Part shown: piece by piece, positions 45,913-57,606 of the stretch
Layout: each line of letters starts with the position of its first letter
Position numbering within the stretch: the first letter of the stretch is position 1
NCBI GenBank assembly: GCA_963693365.1
Contig: CAVNZM010000016.1
Location: 894,595 to 958,594, forward strand
Length of the DNA: 64,000 nucleotides
Reading direction: 5' to 3'
Source: Amoebidium appalachense
Lineage: Eukaryota; Protista; Ichthyosporea
Program-made: the position numbers and the translations under genes
The notes under the pieces: generated by a model
The model's database searches: none
Seen by the model: only the letters and a program-made list of their open reading frames with translations
What the model was told of the DNA's origin: nothing

Positions 45913-46815
45913 ATGTCCGCGGTAGGCTACGACGAGGCGTTCGTGCGCGAGAGGCTGGCCAAGGCCGAGGACGGGGTGTGCGGGGTGCCCACGCGGGCCG
46001 GGCGGATCGACGTGCTGACGAGCACACACGTCATCGAGGTGCGGCGTGTGGGCGACTGGATAGAGGCGATCGGAAACGTGCTCGCATACAGCCACTACTA
46101 CCCCGACCGCCAACCGCGGATCCACCTGTTCGACTATGCGCCGGCAGACGTGTACAGGATTGCCGTGCAAACCATCACGTCGCTGAACATCACGCTTACA
46201 ACCGAAGAGGACACGTTGCAGCTGATTTGGGGGGACGACGCGAGCAAAGACGTAAAAGACGAAAAATATATAAAGAAGCTATGGGCAAAAAGTCAAAGCA
46301 GCGCAGAGTTGGCCAATGAACGGTCAAAGCTAGCGCGAAGTAGTGAATATTCAACGAAGCTAGCGCAGAGTTCACGTTGGCCAATAAACGGTCAAAGCAG
46401 CGCAGAGTTGGCCAATAAACGGTCAAAGCTAGCGCGAAGTAGTGAATATTCAACGAAGCTAGCGCAGAGTTCACGTTGGCCAATAAACGGTCAAAGCAGC
46501 GCAGAGTTGGCCAATAAACGGTCAACCAAACACGAACCCTCGGTCAATATCCGGTCAACCCGAACTCGTGTTTGGCGAAAATCTAGTGAACCCAAAACGA
46601 ACATCGCGCGAACCCCTGCCAATATCCGGTCAACCCGAACTCGTGTTTGGCGAAAATCTAGTGAACCCAAAACGAACATCGCGCGAACCCCTGCCAATAT
46701 CCGGTCAACCCGAACTCGTGTTTGGCGAAAATCTAGTGAACCCAAAACGAACATCGCGCGAACCCCTGCCAATATCCGGTCAACCAAACACGAACCCTCA
46801 GTCAATATCGTTTGA
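45913..46815 (+). CDS. PD-(D/E)XK nuclease-like protein, copy 2; frame runs into repeat region B
   Basis: PTRAGRIDVLTSTHVIEVRRVGDWIEAIGNVLAYSHYYP, paralogous to 41882-42595, with EVK changed to EVR. Confidence 0.7.
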   Translation: MSAVGYDEAFVRERLAKAEDGVCGVPTRAGRIDVLTSTHVIEVRRVGDWIEAIGNVLAYSHYYPDRQPRIHLFDYAPADVYRIAVQTITSLNITLTTEEDTLQLIWGDDASKDVKDEKYIKKLWAKSQSSAELANERSKLARSSEYSTKLAQSSRWPINGQSSAELANKRSKLARSSEYSTKLAQSSRWPINGQSSAELANKRSTKHEPSVNIRSTRTRVWRKSSEPKTNIARTPANIRSTRTRVWRKSSEPKTNIARTPANIRSTRTRVWRKSSEPKTNIARTPANIRSTKHEPSVNIV

Positions 46816-47055
46816 TCCACGGAGCATCCATTTCAATATTGGTCGAATCACGGAGACCACCTTTGAATAATGCTTGAATCGTATTCACCCGCTATTCAAT
46901 CTGATTGGTCGAAACATTAAATCTGATTGTACGAAACCGGTTCAATCTGATTGGTCGAAACATTAAATCTGATTGCACGAAACCGGTTCAATCTGATTGG
47001 TCGAAACATTAAATCTGATTGCACGAAACCGGTTCAATCTGATTGGTCGAAACCG
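46290..47055. repeat. Repeat region B: 99-bp x~2.5, 75-bp x3 and 46-bp x~3.5 units, homologous to region A
   Basis: Shares aacggtcaaagcagcgcag, ccaatatcc and cccaaaacga motifs and the ~120-bp block ending ctgattggtcgaaa with 25940-26400. Confidence 0.9.
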
Positions 47056-47094
47056 TTTATTGACAGGAGTCCCAATTGTTGGGGATGACCGGCT

Positions 47095-47157
47095 GGCTAC
47101 CACCCCAGCACGTGCTTCTCCAGGAAGCGCACGGGGTACACCTTGACCGGGTGCAGG
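47095..47157 (-). pseudogene. Remnant 3' end of the BRO/KilA-like gene copy 1
   Basis: ccccagcacgtgcttctccaggaagcgcacggggtacaccttgaccggg is identical to 26731-26779. Confidence 0.85.
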
Positions 47158-47240
47158 CAAAGACGTAAAAGATGAAAAATAAATAGAGAAGCCACGGGCA
47201 AGAGGGTGGGAAGCCCCCCTCCCCAAAAAACAAAACAAAG

Positions 47241-47697
47241 AGCGCACGGTCATAGCGCTCATGACACATCTCTCCAAGAACACCTGTGCAAGCGCACGGT
47301 GATTGCGCTCATGACCCTACACTCAAACAACACAGGTGCAAGCACACGCATTGCCCCTCCCCCCCCCCCCCCCCTCCCCCCCCACCCCCCCCCCCCACAC
47401 ACACACACAAAGTGCCCGGTGATAGCGCTCATGACACATCTCTCCAAGAACACCTGTGCAAGCGCACGGTGATTGCGCTCATGACCCTACACTCAAACAA
47501 CACAGGTGCAAGCACACGCATTGCCCCTCCCCCCCCCCCCCCTCCCCCCCCCCCCACCCCCCCCCCACACACACACACAAAGCGCCCGGTGATAGCGCTC
47601 ATGACACATCTCTCCAAGAACACATGTGCAAGCGCACGGTGATTGCGCTCATGACCCTACACTCAAACAACACAGGTGCAAGCACACACATTGCCCC

Positions 47698-47761
<64 letters not shown>

Positions 47762-47874
47762 AAAGCGCCCGGTGATAGCGCTCATGACACATCTCTCCAA
47801 GAACACATGTGCAAGCGCACGGTGATTGCGCTCATTAACCTACTCTCAAACAACACAGGTGCAAGCACACGCAT

Positions 47875-47938
<64 letters not shown>

Positions 47939-48057
47939 AAAGCGCCCGGTGATAGCGCTCATGCAACATCTCTCCAAGAACACATGTGCAAGCGCACGGT
48001 GATTGCGCTCATTAACCTACTCTCAAACAACACAGGTGCAAGCACACGCATTGCCCC

Positions 48058-48113
<56 letters not shown>

Positions 48114-48232
48114 AAAGCGCCCGGTGATAGCGCTCATGACACATCTCTCCAAGAACACATGTGCAAGCGCACGGTGATTGCGCTCATTAACCTACTCTCA
48201 AACAACACAGGTGCAAGCACACGCATTGCCCC

Positions 48233-48275
<43 letters not shown>

Positions 48276-49070
48276 ACACACACACACAAAGCGCCCGGTG
48301 ATAGCGCTCATGACACATCTCTCCAAGAACACATGTGCAAGCGCACGGTGATTGCGCTCATTAACCTACCCTCAAACAACACAGGTGCAAGCACACGGTG
48401 ATAGCGCTCATGACCCTACTCTCAACCAACACATGCGCAAGCGCACGTGATAGCGCTCATGACCCTACTCTCAAACAACACAGGTGCAAGCACACGGTGA
48501 TAGCGCTCATGACCCTACTCTCAACCAACACATGTGCAAGCGCACGTGATAGCGCTCATGACCCTACTCTCAAACAACACATGTGCAAGCGCACTGTGAT
48601 AGCGCTCATGACCCTACTCTCAAACAATACATGTGCAAGCGCACTGTGATAGCGCTCATGACCCTACTCTCAAACAACACAGGTGCAAGCACACGGTGAT
48701 AGCGCTCATGACCCTACTCTCAACCAACACATGTGGAAGCGCACGTGATAGCGCTCATGACCCTACTCTCAAACAACACATGTGCAAGCGCACTGTGATA
48801 GCGCTCAAACAATACATGTGCAAGCGCACTGTGATAGCGCTCATGACCCTACTCTCAAACAATACATGTGCAAGCGCACCGTGATAGCGCTCATGACCTT
48901 ACTCTCAAACAACACATGTGCAAGCCCACGGTGATAGCGCTCATGACCCTACTCTCAAACAACACATGTGCAAGCCCACGGTGATAGCGCTCATGACCCT
49001 ACTCTCAAACAACACATGTGCAAGCCCACGGTGATAGCGCTCATGACCCTACTCTCAAACAACACATGTG
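47241..49070 (+). repeat. 50-bp tandem array; first part is a higher-order ~175-bp repeat (x7) with poly-C/(CA)n spacers
   Basis: Unit cacggtgatagcgctcatgaccctactctcaaacaacacatgtgcaagcg. Confidence 0.95.
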
Positions 49071-49662
49071 CACACACAAAGGCATTCGGGAACACACATG
49101 CACACTTTGCATCCGCCTCTCCCCACACACAAAGGCATTCGGGAACACACATGCACACTTTGCATCCCCCCTCCCCCCCCCCCACAATCCCCCTCCCCCC
49201 ACACACACACAAAGGCATTCGGGAACACACATGCACACTTTGCATCCCCCCCCTCCCCCCCCCCCCCCCCCCAATCCCCCTCCCCCCACACACACACAAA
49301 GGCATTCGGGAACACACATGCACACTTTGCATCCCCCCCCCCCCCCCCCCCCCAATCCCCCTCCCCCCACACACACACAAAGGCATTCGGGAACACACAT
49401 GCACACTTTGCATCCCCCCCCCCCCCCCCCCCCCCCCCCCAATCCCCCCTCCCCCCACACACACACAAAGGCATTCGGGAACACACATGCACACTTTGCA
49501 TCCGCCTCTCCCCACACACAAAGGCATTCGGGAACACACATGCACACTTTGCATCCCCCCTCCCCCCCCCCCCCCCCCCACAATCCCCCTCCCCCCCACA
49601 CACACAAAGGCATTCGGGAACACACATGCACACTTTGCATCCCCCCCACCCCCCCCCCCCCC
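49070..49662 (+). repeat. Minisatellite with variable poly-C (~8 copies)
   Basis: cacacaaaggcattcgggaacacacatgcacactttgcatcc is repeated. Confidence 0.95.
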
Positions 49663-49710
49663 TTCGTGAGAATGCACTGAGTTTCACTTATTAATAAAAT
49701 AAGTTGAATT

Positions 49711-51447
49711 TTATTGATCGTAAAAAGGCACGAAGTCGCCTACCCTGCTAGTAATATGGTGATACCGATCACAGTCAGGCCAATGTTCATCCCATGTGTT
49801 GGTTGCTGCTTCATAATACAACCAGTGGTCGTATGGTTCACCAACTACTTGCACATGGTGATTCCTGATGGCATCCTCGAGGGCTGTCTGACACGGCAGT
49901 TGCGGGTACCAATCCGCACCATCCAAAACCTCGGCGATAGGAACAGCACTCCACAGGGCATCCGCGCTGGGAGACGTGTCAGGCTGGCCCGTGGTCTTGT
50001 TAATACCGATATAGCTGCTGCGCTGTTGTTCCAAATGGTCGGAGGGGGTTTCTACCCAATAATACTCGATTTCTGCCTGCCACGGGCAGACGCCGTCGGC
50101 ATCGTTGAGCATGATTTGGTCATATCCACTCGGGGGGTAGATGACGGCCGCTTGCCGGGTTTCGGTGTCGTAAGCATACAACCCGTCAACAACGAATGGC
50201 AAATCTCTACCTTGCCCCTCCTCTTGGGCTTTTCGGAACTCTTCGCGCTCAACATCTTTCCTGATTGTGTCAATGAAGTCTCCCCAATCGAAGGGAAGCA
50301 CCATGACGTGTCGTTTGTTCATGACGTCCACAAGCATCTGCCACGACACGCCCACTTGCAGACGCCGCATGAATGTGGAAATTTCGACGGTTTCGATGTC
50401 GGTATCGATCTGGCCCAGGGGAACAAACTCGCCTTCTTCCTGCCCTTCCTGAATCTCGTAAGCAAAATATCCCGTGTACCGCCCGAATATGTTTTTGCGC
50501 TCGGCAGGCCCACCCTCGCTGTAATCCGCCTGGACCCTGTCAATTAAATTCGAAAGCTTTTTGTCCCATCCCAGCTTGTGTCTAATGATGTTTGTGTAGT
50601 CGTACAGGTGGGCTTGGGTACGGGGTGCAGTTGTAACTGGCGGGTTTGAGGCAGCTTGTGCCAAAATATTGGCCTTTTGGGTGGCCATATCTAGTATTAT
50701 AGTCGCATGGACATCGTCGTAGCCGTCGTCGTCGTGGTCCCTCCGGTGGGCATAATGGTCCATCAATCGCAGCAGCAAACACGTGTTAAACGACTCTAAC
50801 GTATACGCAGAGCTGTCTAACTTGACAACTCCTGCAGACCCTCGCAACCACGCAGTGCACGGCGGGTAATGCCGCAGTTTGCCGTCCCCCGTGTACCCCT
50901 CACTGGGGTGTGTCTCTACGATCCTTCTAATAGCATCCTCAGGTAGTAAACCCCACCAGTTCCAGAACCTACTATCCTGAAAATCACTGTTATTCGCTAT
51001 CGCGTATTGGACATCCGCCAACGTGGAGGTTGCAAAAAACATATCGGCAAAGCTCTCGCTCGTTTTTTGGTCCAGTTCGGACATTTTTGCCGCAATCTCT
51101 GCTGCTGTGGCCTGCATCACCGTCCTAGTTGGAAGGCAACAGCGCCCTTCAGGGTTGTACACGGCCAGCTTGTCATAGCTTCGGAGGTACACCGCGGTGC
51201 ATGCACGGAAACCTGCTTTCAACTCTTCCTGCAGTTGCAATAGACTCAACGAGGTGTCTACCTCAAACACAACAAAAGGGTGCAACGTTTCCACGAGAGT
51301 GACATTTTCGGGGGTTGAAACCGTGGCAAGGCCGTTGGTGTTTGCAAGAGAAAACACTGCAACATCTTCCCCTACAGGGCCTAACAACAGCGGTGTCCTC
51401 GATGGAATGATCCGAACACGCACTGGCATTGAGGGTGCAAGTCCCAT
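49711..51447 (-). CDS. Intronless orphan protein (578 aa), possibly N-myristoylated (MGLAPS)
   Basis: Long clean ORF; AATAAA overlaps the stop; CCAAT boxes upstream at 51565-51695. Confidence 0.8.
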   Translation of the reverse strand: MGLAPSMPVRVRIIPSRTPLLLGPVGEDVAVFSLANTNGLATVSTPENVTLVETLHPFVVFEVDTSLSLLQLQEELKAGFRACTAVYLRSYDKLAVYNPEGRCCLPTRTVMQATAAEIAAKMSELDQKTSESFADMFFATSTLADVQYAIANNSDFQDSRFWNWWGLLPEDAIRRIVETHPSEGYTGDGKLRHYPPCTAWLRGSAGVVKLDSSAYTLESFNTCLLLRLMDHYAHRRDHDDDGYDDVHATIILDMATQKANILAQAASNPPVTTAPRTQAHLYDYTNIIRHKLGWDKKLSNLIDRVQADYSEGGPAERKNIFGRYTGYFAYEIQEGQEEGEFVPLGQIDTDIETVEISTFMRRLQVGVSWQMLVDVMNKRHVMVLPFDWGDFIDTIRKDVEREEFRKAQEEGQGRDLPFVVDGLYAYDTETRQAAVIYPPSGYDQIMLNDADGVCPWQAEIEYYWVETPSDHLEQQRSSYIGINKTTGQPDTSPSADALWSAVPIAEVLDGADWYPQLPCQTALEDAIRNHHVQVVGEPYDHWLYYEAATNTWDEHWPDCDRYHHITSRVGDFVPFYDQ

Positions 51448-51928
51448 TGCTGACAGCGAAATATTATAATTCTGCCTATACCCTACATGCCAAATCCTGT
51501 TGTGTTTTCGTGCAGCTGAGTTCGGTGTATTTGACAAGATTTGGATATAACATCAGTCATCGCGCTGATTGGCTAAACGCGGATTACACATCTTTTAACG
51601 GATGATCCCGATTTATCAAGATAAATCTAGAGAACAATCCCGTTACCATGGGCTAGCCGCGCTGATTGGCCAAACGTGGATGCCATCCAATTGGTTGCAT
51701 AACCCGTGCGCAAGCCCGAAAATTCGGATTTGTTTCTTGGTATATTTTCAAGCCCCGGAGTATTTTTGCCTGGGGTGTATGGTATTTTTCATCCCCAGTC
51801 AAAGGGGATAAAGGGGGGGTTCCTATTTTAGCTTAACACGAAATTTGCGGAGGCTTACCATAAACTGAAAATATGATGATATTTTGGGGTATTTTTTACC
51901 GTAAAAACGGGGTTATGGTCGGGCCTGC

Positions 51929-52271
51929 CCGTGCGCTTGCACCTGTGTTGTTGGAGAGTAGGGTCATGAGCGCTATCACCGTGCGCTTGCACCTGTGTTG
52001 TTGGAGAGTAGGGTCATGAGCGCTATCACCGTGCGCTTGCACCTGTGTTGTTGGAGAGTAGGGTCATGAGCGCTATCACCGTGCGCTTGCACCTGTGTTG
52101 TTGGAGAGTAGGGTCATGAGCGCTATCACCGTGCGCTTGCACCTGTGTTGTTGGAGAGTAGGGTCATGAGCGCTATCACCGTGCGCTTGCACCTGTGTTG
52201 TTGGAGAGTACGGTCATGAGCGCTATTACCGTGCGCTTGCACCTGTGTTGTTGGAGAGTACGGTCATGAGC
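51929..52271 (-). repeat. Inverted copy of the 50-bp array (~7 units)
   Basis: ccgtgcgcttgcacctgtgttgttggagagtagggtcatgagcgctatca is the reverse complement of the 47241-49070 unit. Confidence 0.95.
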
Positions 52272-52370
52272 CCCCCCCCCCCCCCCCCCCCCCCCCCCGC
52301 CAAAAAAAAAAACCCTCCTCCCATCTACCCGCACAACCCCAACCCCACATTATATCGTGCACCGGGTAAC

Positions 52371-52763
52371 ATGGACGCTGGCGCACCCCTTCCCCCACCC
52401 AGCCCATTCGCACCCCCTCCCCCGATCCGCACAAGCCCGCGCAGCACCCCCGGGCCCTCCCCCATCCTATTGGCCATCCTGGCCGGCCTGATCCTCTACG
52501 TGCTCTGGGACACGTTCAGCCCACGTGTGCGGCGGCGCCTGGCAGTGCTCAAGTGCCAGCGCGCGTGCCCAATGTGTGCCAGCTGCGGCAGCTGCGTTCC
52601 CCGCCGCAAGTGTGCGCACTGCCCCCGCTGCCACGTGTGCGGTGCCAGCCCCGCCGGGTGCGCACAGTGCCCCGCATGCACGCGCTGCCCGCCCGAGCAG
52701 AAGTGCCCGGCGTGCCCCACGTGTGCGCATGCGCCTGCGGTGGTGATCAAGGAGCGCACTTGA
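52371..52763 (+). CDS. Single-TM protein with a CPxC-rich tail (large-DNA-virus type)
   Basis: ILLAILAGLILYVLW followed by repeated CPxC/CxxC motifs. Confidence 0.65.
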   Translation: MDAGAPLPPPSPFAPPPPIRTSPRSTPGPSPILLAILAGLILYVLWDTFSPRVRRRLAVLKCQRACPMCASCGSCVPRRKCAHCPRCHVCGASPAGCAQCPACTRCPPEQKCPACPTCAHAPAVVIKERT

Positions 52764-52799
52764 AGGGTTGGGGGGGCAGAGATTTTTGTGGCATAGAGT

Positions 52800-53060
52800 A
52801 TGGCGTACCGATGGGAGTACAAGCTGAAGGAGGAGCCCGGCAAGGCACCCGTGGTGCAGGCAACTATTGTGCCGACCGAGGCCACCACCCGGCGGACGCA
52901 GATGGAGCAACGAGCATACGCACAAGAGCTTGCGGAAAAGGGCTATATAGATCTGCCCGATGAGTTGGCGGAGAAGTGTGGATTCAAGAAGTGGGTGCCG
53001 AAGAATCAACGACAGACAGCAATTGTACTGCAGAAGATGATGGAGCCTGAGGATGCATAG
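52800..53060 (+). CDS. Hypothetical protein (86 aa)
   Basis: ATG ORF with the codon style of the viral block. Confidence 0.55.
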   Translation: MAYRWEYKLKEEPGKAPVVQATIVPTEATTRRTQMEQRAYAQELAEKGYIDLPDELAEKCGFKKWVPKNQRQTAIVLQKMMEPEDA

Positions 53061-53257
53061 AGACCTACACAAGCCAAAGGATGAATGGACTCACACCACA
53101 AACATGGAAAATGTAAATGACGAGAGAATCTCCACAAACATGGAAAATGTAAATGACGAGAGAATCTGTTGGGATGTTTAATTTTGATGAGCTGGAGTCT
53201 ATCTCCCCCCCCCCCCTCCCCTTCACCGTTCAATGAAAACTTGGTAGCATGTGTATC

Positions 53258-53346
<89 letters not shown>

Positions 53347-53599
53347 CAATGTACGTGCCAGTGTGCTTGTACACAGATTGAAAAGGAGACTTGGGGTATA
53401 TTAAATGGAGTCTCTCCCGCTACCACGGGCAAATACATTCAATAATCATTACGGAAACTTGGTACTGTTACCGGGCAAATACAATATACATGAAAATTTG
53501 GATAAGATTGAAGCAGATCACATTCGAATAAACATTACAGAAAACTTGGTATGAAAACTTTGTACCACGTCTTTCCTCCACCACACCCATCACAAACCC

Positions 53600-53988
53600 C
53601 TATAGATGTGGATGTGTGCCTACTGCCCACACCACCACAAATACGTTTCCCCCACCGCACCCACCACAAACCCTAAGTAAGATGTGAATGTGGGGCCTAC
53701 CCGCCGCCACCACTACAACTACGTTTCCCCCACCGCACCCACCACAAACCCTAAGTAAGATGTGAATGTGGGGCCTACCCGCCGCCACCACTACAACTAC
53801 GTTTCCCCCACCGCACCCACCACAAACCCTAAGTAAGATGTGAATGTGGGGCCTACCCGCCGCCACCACTACAACTACGTTTCCCCCACCGCACCCACCA
53901 CAAACCCTAAGTAAGATGTGAATGTGGGGCCTACCCGCCGCCACCACTACAACTACGTTTCCCCCACCGCACCCACCACAAACCCTAG
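53600..53988. repeat. 78-bp tandem repeat (~5 copies)
   Basis: aaaccctaagtaagatgtgaatgtggggcctacccgccgccaccactacaactacgtttcccccaccgcacccaccac is repeated. Confidence 0.95.
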
Positions 53989-54311
53989 GCCACATTCATT
54001 TTGGCTTCCTCCTCGAACTCCTTGATGTCAGCCTTGTACTTCTCTCTCAGCTTTTTCCACTGTGCAGGGGACACCTGTGGGTTGATAGTTGGGTGTAAGT
54101 AGTAGTCCAGCCAGGTGATTTGTTTATGCAAGGCTCAGACATCACTGTATGCCATTACCTCAAACACACCCACGCACCCACCACTACACCACCATGGCAC
54201 ACACCCACAGAAAACGAACTCCTACGTGTGGACCAGGTCAAGAAAAACTCTGCAAGGACCCAAAAAACCGTTTTTACGAACCCCTACATGTAATTGTGAA
54301 TGCTAGGGCAT

Positions 54312-54391
<80 letters not shown>

Positions 54392-54393
54392 GT

Positions 54394-54441
<48 letters not shown>

Positions 54442-57400
54442 GGGGGGGAGGGGGGTTACCTTGAAAACGTGTTTCCTGTCAGTGTAACCACACGTGCATG
54501 CCGGGGGGGGGCTTCTTGCCAGCGACCACAAGCCAGTTGACCGTGGCAAAATTTACCGCCTCGGCCAAGCTGCTACCAGTAGCATACCCAAAGTGGTATG
54601 CCCCAGGCAATGTGTAGATGACCTCGCCGGCCTGCTGAACCGTGTGCTGCACAGGGACACCCTTCTTCATCAAGTAACGGGGGTGGATGAACACAGACTG
54701 TCCCACCCACATGTTAGTCATATGAAAAACCGGGTGGTCGTTTTTGTAAGTGCTTTTTTGTTTTTTGTTCTTCACGTCATTCACGTCAGTGTCTACCACT
54801 CCCTCTCTCTCTCTTCTTGTAGTCCTCTGTTGTGTGTGTGGTCGTTTTTTTTTTTTTTTTTTTGGGGGGGGGGGGGTGAGGGATTACCTTATGCTGTGTG
54901 ACTTTCTTGCAGATACCGGCCCCCGAAAGGCCAAGCCTCTTGTAGATATCCTCGAGGATAGACGTGACCTGTCCATTGTACTCTGCACTGACTATATACC
55001 AGCTTTTGTCTCCGGGCCCACGGGTCATGATGTTGACACTTCCGAGCAGAACGTCTTCTGTGTGGGGCACAAACGGACCCCCAGTCGTGACACTGCAAAG
55101 AGGCATGGGATTAGTTCGGGCTAAAACAGTAATTACTTCCGACTAGATGTGGCTCCGATACATTCCGAAAAGACCGACCCATACACACACCCAGGATGGT
55201 TCTGTGAACAAAAGGGGCATTTTGCAAGCCTGCCTTTTTTCCCTTTGTTGTTTGTTGTTGTGTTTTTTTTTTTTTTTGGGGGGGGGAGGGGTGGGGGGGC
55301 ATACTTATAGAGCATCGGTGTTGAGATGCCCTCACAGTTCTGGAACTCTCTCGATACAATCGAGCCCAGCGTCTCCAAGCTGAACATGTAGTCGATTTCT
55401 ACCCTCACTACCTGTACACACACCACATTGCATCAACACAACATACACTCTCCGCACAAACACACGCACACACCCATGCCTACACAACATGCACTCTCTG
55501 CTGCACAAACACACGCACACACCCATGCCTACACAACATGCACCCTCTGCTGCACACACACGAATACACCCGTGCCTACACAACATGCACCCTCTGCTGC
55601 ACACACACGAATACACCCATGCCTACAGAATACACCCATGCCTTCACAACATGCACCCTCTGCTGCACACACACAAATACACCCATGCCCACAGAATACA
55701 CCCATGCCTTCACAACATGCACCCTCTGCTGCACACACACGAATACACCCATGCCCACAGAATACACCCATGCCTTCACAACATGCACCCTCTGCTGCAC
55801 ACACACAAATACACCCATGCCTACACAACATGCACCCTCTGCTGCACACACACGAATACACCCATGCCTACAGAATACACCCATGCCTTCACAACATGCA
55901 CCCTCTGCTGCACACACACGAATACACCCATGCCCACAGAATACACCCATGCCTTCACAACATGCACCCTCTGCTGCACACACACGAATACACCCATGCC
56001 TACACAACATGCACCCTCTGCTGCACACACACGAATACACCCATGCCTACAGAATACACCCATGCCTTCACAACATGCACCCTCTGCTGCACACACACGA
56101 ATACACCCATGCCTACACAACATGCACCCTCTGCTGCACACACACGAATACACCCATGCCTACAGAATACACCCATGCCTTCACAACATGCACCCTCTGC
56201 TGCACACACACGAATACACCCATGCCTACACAACATACACCCTCTGCTGCACACACACGAATACACCCATGCCTACAGAATACACCCATGCCTTCACAAC
56301 ATGCACGTTGCTGCACACACACGAATACACCCATGCCTACACAACATGCACCCTCTGCTGCACACACACGAATACACCCATGCTTACACAACATGCACCC
56401 TCTGCTGCACACACACGAATACACCCATGCCTACACAACATGCACCCTCTGCTGCACACACACGAATACACCCAAAACATGCACCCTCTGCTGCACACAC
56501 ACGAATACACCCATGCCTACACAACATGCACCCTCTGCTGCACACACACGAATACACCCATGCCTACACAACATGCACCCTCTGCTGCACACACACGAAT
56601 ACACCCATGCCTTCACAACATGCACCCTCTGCTGCACACACACGAATACACCCATGCTTACACAACATGCACCCTCTGCTGCACACACACGAATACACCC
56701 ATGCCTACACAACATGCACCCTCTGCTGCACACACACACGAATACACCCATGCCTACACAACATGCACCCTCTGCTGCACACACACGAATACACCCATGC
56801 CTACACAACATGCACCCTCTGCTGCACACACACGAATACACCCATGCCTACACAACATGCACCCTCTGCACAAACACACGCACATACACACACATGACAC
56901 ACACGTACCTCACTGGGTGTATGGGTGTTTTTAAGAGGTGTCAGATCCGTTCCGTAAAGGAACATTTTACTGTAACTTTCCGGTAAGGAGTCCAATAGCC
57001 CCCAGAACTCCTCCTCATCCAACGGGTCCCCCTGCTCAATCGTGTTAGCTCCTGTTCACGGTAACCATACCCTAATGGTTGCAAATACGCACCTCTGGAA
57101 TTTGCTCTTTGATGTCCTCCCTATAAACGAGGAAGACATGCTTGATGGCGGTAGCCTCCAGAAAGATGTTGGTGTAGGATTTTCTCACTGGTGTGGCCCA
57201 AGCAGCCTCTTTCAGCCCCTGCACTACCGGTTCGGGAAGCATGAACTTGACGGCACCAGCTGCCCGAACCCCGTGTCGTTTTTCCATTACCCTAACTATC
57301 CTCTCCAATGAGTGCTTTTCTAACTGCAGTTGGCTGAGATGTTTCACGGGTACCTCGGTGAACCCTACCGACTCCCCTGTCTCCGCCCCCTGCTGTTGCC

Positions 57401-57563
57401 CCCTATCCGCCTCCTCCGCTTCTTGCTCTGTGTGTGTGTGTGCCATGCGTGTGTGCATGTGTGTGCCGGGTGTGTGTGCATGTTTGTGCCGGGTGTGCGT
57501 GTGCGTGTGTGTCGGGGTGGGGGGTAGGATTAGCCAAGGTGGATGCACGTGTGCAGGTGTGTG

Positions 57564-57606
<43 letters not shown>

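Larger units (their letters stand above)
20285..53080. mobile_element. Endogenous large DNA virus-like element (Nucleocytoviricota-like); core 20.3-47.2 kb, right boundary uncertain
   Basis: Abrupt switch from microsatellite-rich DNA to about 30 tightly packed intronless ORFs on both strands. Viral-type genes include an A22-like resolvase, SF3 helicase, Nudix hydrolase, BRO/KilA-like proteins and a minor-capsid-like protein. Confidence 0.85.

Noticed and set aside
20285-47200. Bacterial contaminant or prophage
   Set aside because: No consistent Shine-Dalgarno sites or phage structural genes are visible, while TATA and AATAAA signals, C2H2 fingers and myristoylation motifs point to a eukaryotic virus. 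The junctions still need read support.
47241-48395. CRISPR-like repeat-spacer appearance
   Set aside because: The spacers are poly-C/(CA)n rather than unique sequence, the repeats are about 100 bp, there are no cas genes, and the context is eukaryotic.
20285-53080. Polinton/Maverick or virophage assignment
   Set aside because: No protein-primed PolB, retroviral-type integrase, A32 ATPase, major capsid or terminal inverted repeats were recognised; the resolvase, Nudix and BRO content fits larger viruses better.
53600-53988. Telomeric repeat (AAACCCTA)
   Set aside because: It occurs only once per 78-bp unit and does not form a tandem telomere array.
55428-56986. Three ~480-aa ORFs on the + strand
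   Set aside because: They are translations of an intronic minisatellite, antisense to the JmjC gene.
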